Under the pieces are notes generated by a model, which saw only the letters and a program-made list of their open reading frames with translations, made no database searches and was not told where the DNA came from. From assembly GCA_030606805.1 (NCBI GenBank), contig JAUWFS010000001.1, positions 1 to 61,816 on the forward strand: a DNA stretch of 61,816 bases. Reading direction: 5' to 3'. The translations under genes and the position numbers were made by a program. This document shows, in pieces, positions 44,279-52,952 of this stretch; positions within the stretch are counted from its first letter, which is position 1; each line of letters begins with the position of its first letter. The DNA comes from Deltaproteobacteria bacterium (GTDB lineage: Bacteria; Desulfobacterota; Desulfobacteria; Desulfobacterales; ETH-SRB1).

Positions 44279-44357
44279 TGTTAGCTTGTTATATCAATCA
44301 GTTACAGAGGAGCCGAAAATAGTAGTTTTGCAACCCTGTTCGGAAAGGAAAAGCGAA

Positions 44358-44555
44358 ATGCATACACAAACCATGAATGATAGTGATGGCGAATTTTCAG
44401 AATGGGAAATTTGCCAAGACCTAGAATGCAGGCAATGCAGAAGCCGGAATGTAAAATATAGAAAGTGGGATTCATCTTGTGGTGGCTATACTGATTGTAA
44501 TTATTGTTGTCAGGATTGCGGATATTCTTGGTGGGTCGATGGGCCAGACGCATAA
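44358..44555 (+). CDS. Cys-rich small protein
   Basis: ATG 44358. Contains CRQC...CCQDCG. The longer track ORF 44166 overlaps the upstream gene. Confidence 0.5.
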   Translation: MHTQTMNDSDGEFSEWEICQDLECRQCRSRNVKYRKWDSSCGGYTDCNYCCQDCGYSWWVDGPDA

Positions 44556-44569
44556 GAGGAGGACTGAAA

Positions 44570-44954
44570 GTGGATAAGCCAAAAATAGTTGTTTTGTGTG
44601 GTTCATCAAAATTTGTTGATATAATGGCTGTGTGCGCATGGCTGATTGAGCGCGATGAACAGGCGATGACGATGGGGCTCCACTTATTGCCCTCAATGGT
44701 ACTGTAAAGATCTTGTAAGCGATCATTTGGCAGAGGCTGAAGGGGTCGCTAACGAGATGGACCAGCTTCATCTTCGAAAGATTGACAGAGCTGATGAGAT
44801 TTTTGTGGTAAACTTCGAAGATTATATTGGATTTAGTACCAGAAATGAAATTCTATATGCCCGGTCCAAGGATAAACGGCTTCGGTGGTATTCTCATGAT
44901 CCAATCGGGAAAGCGGTACAAAATCTTTTACACTCGGAAAAGTTGAAAAGATGA
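44570..44954 (+). pseudogene. frameshifted gene (CGSxKF Rossmann-like, nucleoside deoxyribosyltransferase-like family, tentative)
   Basis: N-half KIVVLCGSSKFVD runs in frame 2 to 44707. C-half DQLHLRKIDRADEIFVVN..IGFSTRNEILYA is in frame 0, open from 44670. The shift lies near TTGCCCTCAA, about 44687-44696. Confidence 0.55.
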
Positions 44955-45259
44955 ATTGCAAACATTGTCATGACCGTGAAATTGTTATTAAAAGCAGAAA
45001 ACTGTGTAAAAAATGTTATGACTATTTACGCAGGCAAAACCGCGTAGAAGAGTATCCCAAGTCAGATTTATTCCGCAAACGGCTGAATGACAAATATAGT
45101 GGAATGATAACTAAACTGAGACTTTGTCCGCATAATCCAAACTGCAATTTAAGCAAGATAGGCCGAGAGTATAAAATTTCAAGGGAAAGGGTAAGGCAGA
45201 TATTTAACAAACTTTTTAATAAAAAATACAGCCTATGTTTGAGTACGAAAATACAATAA
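44951..45259 (+). CDS. zinc-finger + sigma-70 region-4-like HTH protein (candidate late regulator)
   Basis: CKHCHD..CKKCYDYLRR, then LSKIGREYKISRERVRQIFNK. Confidence 0.6.
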   Translation: MNCKHCHDREIVIKSRKLCKKCYDYLRRQNRVEEYPKSDLFRKRLNDKYSGMITKLRLCPHNPNCNLSKIGREYKISRERVRQIFNKLFNKKYSLCLSTKIQ

Positions 45260-45440
45260 GAATCCAATGAAGACGGAGCAACCTTTGTGCCTCGGTGTAC
45301 AAAATGTGGACGTTTTGTTAAGGCTGACGAGACAATCATGAGTAGCGATGAATGTGGATTAAAAGATCAGCCTAACGCTGCATGCTCAAAACAAATATGA
45401 TTTTTGAAGGTTTTATGTAATTATTGACGTGGTGAACCAA

Positions 45441-45480
45441 AGGTGAAAACATGCGAAAAGAGGTGAAAACATGCGAAAAA
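45441..45480 (+). repeat. tandem 20-bp repeat (AGGTGAAAACATGCGAAAAR x2)
   Basis: Units 45441..45460 and 45461..45480 match at 19 of 20 positions. They are flanked by inverted GGTGAAC (45431) / GTTCACC (45487). Confidence 0.9.
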
Positions 45481-45548
45481 CAAAAAGTTCACCTTTTGAT
45501 AAAATGATAAAGATAAAAAAAGGCGGTAATATCTGTAAGTTATAGGCT

Positions 45549-46250
45549 ATGTCGAAAAAGGTGAAAGTGAAATCAAAAGGTAAGGTTAATGGTGCTAAGC
45601 GGAGTTGGCGGCATCGTCAGGCATGGCAGAAATTGCCTCGTTATCCTTTATGGGCTGCTATTTATGCCCGGCTGGGTGCAGGGGAAGCATGTTATTCTTT
45701 GGCGAGATGGTGGAAATCTAAAGGCGAGATGAAGCACCTGGCTGTAAAGACCCTGGCAAAATATCTTGGTCTTTATAGACTACACGAGATTCCGGCAGAT
45801 GACAAAAAAGCATTAACCCACGTTGATACTCATTATATCAATACCTTAGTTCAAGGGTATGCTAATGAAATCGAGGTATTTGAAGAGCTCGCTGTGCTTA
45901 TAAATTTGCATAAAAGACGGTTAGGAGTTGTCATAGAAAAAGAGGAACAGCTCAAATTTCCAATTGAAATGACCAATAAAATAGCAGAGCAACTCCATAA
46001 TTTACTTAAAGACTATTTTGAATTTCAGGTAAAAACCGGCAGGCTTCCCCAGGTCCCGCAGAAATTTGACCATTCGTTTTCAATGGGTGGTAGGGACAAT
46101 GATGACAATGGAGTGGTAAAGACTGAGAGGGATGAACTGCAAAGGAAACGAAAAATTGCCGAAGTATCCCTTCTTCTAACAAAGCTTGCATCGCAAGGCG
46201 CATCAAAGGCTATTCCCAAAGAGTTGCCCGAAGGAAAAGACTATGCTTGA
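45549..46250 (+). CDS. candidate terminase small subunit
   Basis: Immediately upstream of TerL and overlapping it. Basic N-terminus. The call is positional only. Confidence 0.45.
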   Translation: MSKKVKVKSKGKVNGAKRSWRHRQAWQKLPRYPLWAAIYARLGAGEACYSLARWWKSKGEMKHLAVKTLAKYLGLYRLHEIPADDKKALTHVDTHYINTLVQGYANEIEVFEELAVLINLHKRRLGVVIEKEEQLKFPIEMTNKIAEQLHNLLKDYFEFQVKTGRLPQVPQKFDHSFSMGGRDNDDNGVVKTERDELQRKRKIAEVSLLLTKLASQGASKAIPKELPEGKDYA

Positions 46251-48129
46251 TTCGCCTGATCTTGATTTTTTGACACAAACCCTGGGTCTCCCGAATGAGG
46301 GTGTGCAAAACTTTATTGATCAAGTTGCTTCTATGACTCAAGGAGAAATTGCCGAGTTTATGGCAATTGCCGGAGAGTTAAGCCAAAATGGTGAGAGTGA
46401 GAAACTTAACCAGATTGTCGGGGATGTATATGACGAGATTCCTGTAGATACTGAGCATTTTTTTTCAAATAGAAATTATTTAGGTAGGGCCGGAGCAGAT
46501 CTGTATCCAAAATTAATGGATGATCTCATTCGACTTTTTGAAGGTAATTATACAGAGGCAGTGCTTTCTGGAGCTATCGGCTGGGGGAAAAGTTATCTTA
46601 CTCAATTAATTATCTGTCGAATTTTGTATGAGGTTAGTTGTTTAAAAAATCCGCAATGGGCATATGGACTGGCAGAAAATTCTACATTATTCTTTCCTAA
46701 CATATCGATTACCGAAACACAGGCCAAAAGGGTGATTTTTGGTGGTATTAAAGAGGCTCTCCGCGTCTCTCCCTACTTTCGAGAACAGTTTCCCTTCGAG
46801 ATGTATTCTGCAGAAATGAAATTCCCTAAAAACATATTGCTTGCTGCTATTGCTATGTCCGGTGCCCTTGGTATGGATGTTTTTTCTGCGGCCATGGACG
46901 AAACAAATTTTATGGAGGTTGTAGAGTCTTCAAGACAGGCAAGGGGAATGCGATACGACCAGGCCGAGGTAATTTATGCATCCCTTGCCCGGAGAATGAA
47001 GTCACGGTTTTTGAAAAAAGGCAAGCTTCCTGGTATGTTAGTTATGATATCATCTGTTCATTATTCAAGCGATTTCACGGATAGAAAAAAACAGGAGGCT
47101 AAAGAAAATCCGATGATATTTGTTCTTGACTATCCCCTTTGGGAGCCGAAGCCACCTGGAACTTATATGGATAAGAAATTTTGGGTGGGCATGGGCACTA
47201 AAAACCAAGCCCCGAAGGTAATAGAGGATGAAGCCGAAGCCGAAGCCGAACGTGGTAAGAAAATAGAAGTTCTGAATGTTCCGTTAGATTTTTTACCTGA
47301 CTTCAAGCGGGACATCGAAGGGTCTCTCAGGGAGATAGCAGGTAAAAGCAAGCTTCTAATTAATAGATTTATTACTCAGACAGAAAAGATTTTTCAACTG
47401 GCAGATGTTGAACGGAAACATCCGTTTACACTTAATGAAACGACCCTAATTGATAGTGGAAGATTTATCCGAGAATTCCTTGCGCAGCAGGTAACAGGCT
47501 TAAACGATAAACTGATATGGCAACCTCTTGTTAATCCAAAGATTAAGAGATTTTGTCATATTGATTTAGCCAAAACTGGTGATGCTGCGGGTTTTTGTGT
47601 AGGCCATCCATACGGTGAAGTTCAGGTTATGAGACGCAACGAAGAGAATATAATGTATACAGAAATTATGCCAATTGTTTGGATTGATGTTATGCTCAGA
47701 ATTATTCCCCCGCAGGGCGGTGAGATCAATTTTGGAAATATTAGAAGTTTGATATACGAATTGCAGCTAATGGGATTCCTTTTTGAAAAAGTTACCTTGG
47801 ATTCGTACCAAAGTTCGGATACAATCCAAATTTTAGATGGCAGAGGAATAGAGGCAGAGGAACTTTCAATTGATAAGTCGATGGACCCGTATAATGAGGT
47901 AAAAACTGCTTTGTATGAAGATAGATTGATGATGTATTGGCACGATATTGCCCTGGAGGAGTTAAAACATCTCATAGTGACCCGGAGCGGGAGTCAGATT
48001 AAGGTAGACCATATGCCTGATAAGAGTAAGGATGTGGCCGATTGTGTGGCAGGAGTAGTTTATAATTGTGTCCAGTTGATGCGAGGTCCCAAACCTTTTG
48101 TACCGTCGGGTGATGAGTATTGGAAATAA
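46243..48129 (+). CDS. terL: terminase large subunit
   Basis: Walker A GAIGWGKSY and Walker B AAMDETNF, with a nuclease half carrying HIDLAKTGDAAG. ATG 46243 overlaps the upstream stop. Confidence 0.9.
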   Translation: MLDSPDLDFLTQTLGLPNEGVQNFIDQVASMTQGEIAEFMAIAGELSQNGESEKLNQIVGDVYDEIPVDTEHFFSNRNYLGRAGADLYPKLMDDLIRLFEGNYTEAVLSGAIGWGKSYLTQLIICRILYEVSCLKNPQWAYGLAENSTLFFPNISITETQAKRVIFGGIKEALRVSPYFREQFPFEMYSAEMKFPKNILLAAIAMSGALGMDVFSAAMDETNFMEVVESSRQARGMRYDQAEVIYASLARRMKSRFLKKGKLPGMLVMISSVHYSSDFTDRKKQEAKENPMIFVLDYPLWEPKPPGTYMDKKFWVGMGTKNQAPKVIEDEAEAEAERGKKIEVLNVPLDFLPDFKRDIEGSLREIAGKSKLLINRFITQTEKIFQLADVERKHPFTLNETTLIDSGRFIREFLAQQVTGLNDKLIWQPLVNPKIKRFCHIDLAKTGDAAGFCVGHPYGEVQVMRRNEENIMYTEIMPIVWIDVMLRIIPPQGGEINFGNIRSLIYELQLMGFLFEKVTLDSYQSSDTIQILDGRGIEAEELSIDKSMDPYNEVKTALYEDRLMMYWHDIALEELKHLIVTRSGSQIKVDHMPDKSKDVADCVAGVVYNCVQLMRGPKPFVPSGDEYWK

Positions 48130-48151
48130 AAAAATCAGAGGAGGTATAGTT

Positions 48152-48442
48152 ATGGCACAAGAAGCAGCGATTGTAGCAGAAGAACGGAAATGGGCAGCCG
48201 AAAGTGATGTTAGAACATTAACTGAGGCGGAAGCAATCAAGAAAACACCATCTCGGCTTAAGGCAGCGAAAACAGCGGCTGTACGAATGGTAAGAGAAGA
48301 GCAGGAGAAAATGAATGCGATGAATAAGATTGCCAGTACTTCATCAAAAGAAGTTAAAACGAAGAAACCTGCGCCGAAAGAAAAAAGCAAATCCAAGCCG
48401 ATGTCAAGTAAAATTGATCCTGCCGCGATGGTAAGGATGTAG
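48152..48442 (+). CDS. hypothetical Lys/Ala-rich protein
   Basis: ATG 48152 follows AGAGGAGGT. Confidence 0.6.
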   Translation: MAQEAAIVAEERKWAAESDVRTLTEAEAIKKTPSRLKAAKTAAVRMVREEQEKMNAMNKIASTSSKEVKTKKPAPKEKSKSKPMSSKIDPAAMVRM

Positions 48443-48491
48443 AACACAGGAAGAGTAACATTCTTGATTTAACATTTTTAACTTTTACCGG

Positions 48492-48534
48492 AAAAAACCT
48501 AAAGCATTTCAATAAGATGCTTTAGGTTTTTTTT
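48492..48534 (+). terminator. rho-independent terminator
   Basis: Stem CCTAAAGCAT / ATGCTTTAGG, extended by A/T pairs, with a 9-nt loop followed by T8. Confidence 0.8.
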
Positions 48535-48536
48535 GC

Positions 48537-48564
48537 TTGACATGATACCTATAAGCTGTAATAT
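48537..48564 (+). promoter_or_regulatory. sigma70-like promoter driving the HNH gene
   Basis: TTGACA-N16-TAATAT, directly after the terminator. Confidence 0.55.
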
Positions 48565-48604
48565 TCGGCGAAATTATTTTGCGGATTTTTTTAATAATCA
48601 ATAA

Positions 48605-49312
48605 ATGACAAGATTAGGATTAAAATATAAAGAATGTCTGCATTGTGGGCAGAAGATTGAAATAAAAATAAGGAGAGATTTAATAAGAAAAAAATTTTGT
48701 TGCCGGAGTTGTGCGGGAAAATATCATTCAGAAAAAAAATCTATATTTGATTGGAACAATAAAGAAGCATCGGAAAAATTAAAAAAAGCACTAAGAAAGC
48801 CGCACAGAATTACAAAAGCATTGCTGAAAGCTGCTAAAGAAAGAGGATTAAAAAAAAGAGGAAAAAAAATAAATAGTGATCTTATTGTTTGTCAGCATTG
48901 TGGCAAAGAATTTTTTATATCACATTGTCGGAATAATGGAAAGATTAGCAAATGGGGACAGAAGCAAATAAGTCAATATTGTAGCAATAAATGTAGACAG
49001 CTTGCTTCTCGTAAACCAGATAAATTAAAAATTGATAAAACTCGATTAAAAGAGTGGCGGCTGAAAATATTTGAACGAGATAGTTATATTTGTCAGAAAT
49101 GTGGATGTAAAAGAAAAAGATTGTTACAGGCGCATCATAAAAAATCTAAAGAGAGATATCCAGAGATAGCTTATGATATTGATAATGGAGAAACTCTTTG
49201 TATTTATTGTCATATGAAAGAACATCCAAAATTAAAAAATTTCATATTGTCATCTTTAAAACTTAAATTGGAGCAACCATATGCCTCGGAAATTCCGGGA
49301 ATGTGTCCGTAA
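48605..49312 (+). CDS. HNH endonuclease (packaging-module associated)
   Basis: CQKCGC....QAHHKKSKERYPE...NGETLCIYCHMKEH, plus N-terminal Cys4 repeats. Confidence 0.85.
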   Translation: MTRLGLKYKECLHCGQKIEIKIRRDLIRKKFCCRSCAGKYHSEKKSIFDWNNKEASEKLKKALRKPHRITKALLKAAKERGLKKRGKKINSDLIVCQHCGKEFFISHCRNNGKISKWGQKQISQYCSNKCRQLASRKPDKLKIDKTRLKEWRLKIFERDSYICQKCGCKRKRLLQAHHKKSKERYPEIAYDIDNGETLCIYCHMKEHPKLKNFILSSLKLKLEQPYASEIPGMCP

Positions 49313-49823
49313 AGGAGGCCGCGTACGAACAAAGACATGGGATAGCAAATATATGCATATTTGTTATATCGATGGTAAATCCTACGCAGGGGAAGTGCAT
49401 ACCAAAAAGAAGAAAAAGAAAAAGAAAAAAAAGATGAAAGCAAAAAACATATACAAACCAGTGAACATCAAAACTGTTTTTTCTGGTTTAGGCACTTTCA
49501 CTGATAATAAGAAAGTCTGGAGAATAACCTCTTTAATTCATCACGTAAAAGAACAAAATCTTGAAGTTTTTGATTTACCATTATGCGGCATAAATTTAGC
49601 AACTACTGTTTGGAGCTCTGGTGATTTAAAGATTATAGACTTTGCTAAACACTGGAAGCGCGCTGATGAAGTTAGTTTAGATGATCCTATAATTTTGGAT
49701 GAAGATGGATTTATCATGGACGGTTGGCATAGAGTGGCAAAGGCTTTGTTTTTAGGGTTGTCTACTATCAAGGCAGTAAGATTTGATGTAACTCCTGACT
49801 GTGATTATGTACGAACCGGATAG
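49281..49823 (+). CDS. fusion-like ORF: small basic N-domain, K10 tract, ParB/Srx-like C-domain
   Basis: MPRKFRECVRKGG...KKKKKKKKKK-MKAKN..., then ILDEDGFIMDGWHRVAKAL. An internal ATG at 49432 is a possible separate start. Confidence 0.55.
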   Translation: MPRKFRECVRKGGRVRTKTWDSKYMHICYIDGKSYAGEVHTKKKKKKKKKKMKAKNIYKPVNIKTVFSGLGTFTDNKKVWRITSLIHHVKEQNLEVFDLPLCGINLATTVWSSGDLKIIDFAKHWKRADEVSLDDPIILDEDGFIMDGWHRVAKALFLGLSTIKAVRFDVTPDCDYVRTG

Positions 49824-49854
49824 TATAATATATTATAAAAAAGGTTATTAGCCC

Positions 49855-51270
49855 ATGGCCTATTTTACGATAAAAACAGCGAATGATTTGTTATCCCTCC
49901 ACCCCGATGCAGCAGCATATCAAAACGATTGGCAGAAATATCAAGCTGTAGTAGAAGGATTTAGTGCGCTTGTTGATCTGAAAATCTTTAAACAACATTC
50001 CCGTGAATCAAACAAAAATTTTCTGCGAAGGTTAAGCGAAGGTTATGGCCCTAATTATTCAGAGGCAATAATCAACATTTTTGATTACTATATGTTGCAG
50101 TCTGAGATATCCCGCAAATTTGGGAAACTCGCAAAGTTTGAGCTGTGGGAAATATTTCAAAAGGATTCAGATTATTACAGAACTGATTATAATATCTTTT
50201 TAAATCAGGCACGAAAAAAGGCATCAATATTTGGGCATATGGGAATTATGGTAGATATGCCTATCGTCAAGACTGATACTCAAAAAGAATCAATCGAAAG
50301 AAAAGTATATCCATATCTTTCTTTGTATAGTCCCCTGGATATTTTAGATTGGATTATAGAACGAGATTATTTAGGGAGACCTGAGTTGGTTGCTTTGAAG
50401 CTAAAAGAGTGGGATGGCGTATACAAAGTATGGGAAAAAGATTCGTGGCGTTCTTACATAATAGGAAAAAAAGGGAAAGCCCAACTACTGGAGACCGGGA
50501 AAAATAGATTAGGAGAGATTCCTTTTGTCTGGCTTTTTAATGCAGACAAAACTCATTATATAGGTGAATCGGATCTGAAGAATATTGCCAATATAGATGT
50601 ATCGATGTACAATAATTGTATGCAAATCGAGGAGATTATTGATTTAGCGGCATTTCCGATGATGCGTAAACCCATGAAGCGCCAAGGCGAGGAGGGTAAA
50701 GAAGATAGAGTAGGACCGTCTGCTGTTCAAGAATTTGATCCATCACAAGGAGAAGCTGGTAAACCTGATTGGATGCGAGCTGAAGTAAGCGAACCAATTA
50801 AGGCTATATTAGACACGATTGTATGGAAGATTGCTCAGATATATCGCAATGCGACTTTATCAGAAGCAACTACCGAGCGGACAAGTGCAGAATCTGGTTA
50901 TGCTTTATCTATCCGTAGAGATCTTTTAAATGCAGCGCTCGTAGCAAAAGCAAAATACTTAGCCGAGGCAGAAGAACGAATCGTTTATTTTTGGTGTAAA
51001 TGGATGGGCAAAGAGGACTGGGCAAAAGATATTAAAATCGAAAGGCCAAAACGATTTTCTGTAGAACAATTGAAACTTGATCTTGAAAATGCAATTTTAG
51101 GTAAATCTGTAATTCATTCTGAAACATTCAGCAAAGAACTACAGAAAAAGCTAACCAGAGAGATGATGGGTACTGGGCTTGACGACAAGACATATGATGA
51201 GATTGACGAAGAAATAGATTCCTTCTCTCCTTTGAAAGTGCCAGAGATTGGAGAAGGTGGTGAAGAATGA
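49855..51270 (+). CDS. portal protein (positional call)
   Basis: 471 aa, between the terminase block and the MuF-like head gene. No motif-level proof. Confidence 0.6.
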   Translation: MAYFTIKTANDLLSLHPDAAAYQNDWQKYQAVVEGFSALVDLKIFKQHSRESNKNFLRRLSEGYGPNYSEAIINIFDYYMLQSEISRKFGKLAKFELWEIFQKDSDYYRTDYNIFLNQARKKASIFGHMGIMVDMPIVKTDTQKESIERKVYPYLSLYSPLDILDWIIERDYLGRPELVALKLKEWDGVYKVWEKDSWRSYIIGKKGKAQLLETGKNRLGEIPFVWLFNADKTHYIGESDLKNIANIDVSMYNNCMQIEEIIDLAAFPMMRKPMKRQGEEGKEDRVGPSAVQEFDPSQGEAGKPDWMRAEVSEPIKAILDTIVWKIAQIYRNATLSEATTERTSAESGYALSIRRDLLNAALVAKAKYLAEAEERIVYFWCKWMGKEDWAKDIKIERPKRFSVEQLKLDLENAILGKSVIHSETFSKELQKKLTREMMGTGLDDKTYDEIDEEIDSFSPLKVPEIGEGGEE

Positions 51271-51395
51271 GATGGTTATGTTTTTTAGGTTTGCATAAAT
51301 GGAAAATGACAACTGTTATGAAACAAAGAATCACCCATGGATTTATATCTTTATACAGATTCAAATTTACTGCCAGCCTCAGAGGCTCTCAGTAA
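51267..51395 (+). CDS. small Cys/His peptide (42 aa)
   Basis: ATGA overlap with the portal stop. Translates to MRWLCFLGLHKWKM... Confidence 0.3.
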   Translation: MRWLCFLGLHKWKMTTVMKQRITHGFISLYRFKFTASLRGSQ

Positions 51396-51557
51396 GTTTA
51401 CGTTGAAATTTCAAACCCTTAACTTACCCTATTAAAAAACAATGTTTTTTAGATTTTACTCTATTTTTTTATATACTTAAGCATCACTAAAAATGCCGTT
51501 TTTCAGAAAAATCGAGGCTTACAGAGGCTCTAAGTAAGCCAAAAGATAAAGCAACAA

Positions 51558-52940
51558 ATGACTATTATCGGAAATATTGAATCTGGCGCCGCAAATACTA
51601 AAGAGGCTCTTGATGCTTTATTTAATAAATATAAAAAGCGGCTGGATCGAACGTTGAGAGCTACAGAGAATAAAATTGTGGATTTGACAACCCGGATCTC
51701 ACTTGATTCAAAAGGAATGTTGAAAGGCCCTAAATGGACGTTGGCTCAGGCCGCCAGAATACAAGGACAATTAGAAGGAATATTTGATGAAAAGTATGGA
51801 TTGGCTGCGCGTCAATTTGCGAGAGATATAAGCGGGGTTACTGATGTTGTAAAACAAGCGTACAATGCAGTGGATTTGCCTATTCAATTTAGTAAAGTTG
51901 ATACCAGGATGCTTAAAACTTTGCAGGAACAAACTTTAGCCGGGCTTATGGCTTTCAGTGCATTAACCCAAGAAAAGGTAGCGCAATCCATACAAGATGC
52001 TATTATCGCCGGTAAACCTTTCAGGCAACTGACAAATGAAATCCGTAATCATATAACAGGATTGAAGGATATAGCAGGCCGCCCGCTTACACAATATGCT
52101 GAGGTATATGCACAAGATGGACTTATGACTGCTTATCGTAGACTCAGTGTCCAGAAAGCTAAGGAGATTAAGATAAACTATTATGTATGGATGGGTAATG
52201 TAGTGGCCGGATCACGGCCTATGTGTGCTCGAAATGCAGGGCGGACTTTTTCAGAGCAGGAATTGCAGGAACTGGATTTATATTCCTGGCAGGGTAAATC
52301 GTGTAGTGTTTTTGTTTGCTGTGGCGGGTTCAGTTGCCGGCATCATTTGATGCCTATTTCTGATAGGTATTTTAATGAAATGAAGGGTAAGCCGGTAGAT
52401 GTTCCAAATTGGTTTACAGAAAATAATAAAACAATGCCTGTTGTACGCAAGAAAATTATTAATCCGAAAACTTTTAAAAAAGACATGAAAGCTATTGGAT
52501 TAAAACCAATAGAACCAAAAGCATTAGGAGATATTATAGGGCGTGGTGGTCCAGATGTTGGGAAACCATTAGATCTTTATATTGGTTCTGCCCAAAAGTC
52601 TGTTTCATTAGAAATAAAAAGTGGAAAAACAGAGTTTTGGTTTACCTCTAATAAACAAGTTGCGCAGAATTACGGACCGAATGTTCATATGGCACAAGTT
52701 AGGATGAAAAATCCAAAAATCTTACGCGATGTGATTCATGATGATGAATTAGCAGGGTGGGCAAAAGCAGCGAGATTATCTGGGCATGATGGGCTGATTG
52801 CACAGCGAGTTCGAGATGGTAAAGTTGAACATATCACTGCGGTTATTTTTAATCCAAAGCAAATTGTTATCAAAATACCAAAAGTATTAAAGCCAAAGCT
52901 TATGTCTTCAGCACAAAGGCTTTCAAAATGTATTATTTAG
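51558..52940 (+). CDS. head morphogenesis protein (Mu F / SPP1 gp7-like) with C-terminal extension
   Basis: YVWMGNVVAGSRPMCARNAGR...GGFSCRHHLMPI matches the MuF-type pattern. About 170 extra C-terminal residues. Confidence 0.65.
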   Translation: MTIIGNIESGAANTKEALDALFNKYKKRLDRTLRATENKIVDLTTRISLDSKGMLKGPKWTLAQAARIQGQLEGIFDEKYGLAARQFARDISGVTDVVKQAYNAVDLPIQFSKVDTRMLKTLQEQTLAGLMAFSALTQEKVAQSIQDAIIAGKPFRQLTNEIRNHITGLKDIAGRPLTQYAEVYAQDGLMTAYRRLSVQKAKEIKINYYVWMGNVVAGSRPMCARNAGRTFSEQELQELDLYSWQGKSCSVFVCCGGFSCRHHLMPISDRYFNEMKGKPVDVPNWFTENNKTMPVVRKKIINPKTFKKDMKAIGLKPIEPKALGDIIGRGGPDVGKPLDLYIGSAQKSVSLEIKSGKTEFWFTSNKQVAQNYGPNVHMAQVRMKNPKILRDVIHDDELAGWAKAARLSGHDGLIAQRVRDGKVEHITAVIFNPKQIVIKIPKVLKPKLMSSAQRLSKCII

Positions 52941-52952
52941 TATTTGAAAAAT

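Noticed and set aside
45441-45480. Possible CRISPR-like array
   Set aside because: There are only two directly abutting 20-bp units with no spacers, and no cas genes are present. I treated it as a protein-binding tandem repeat.
47962-48447. 161-aa minus-strand ORF over the TerL end and the next gene
   Set aside because: Antisense to well-supported genes, with no SD or motifs.
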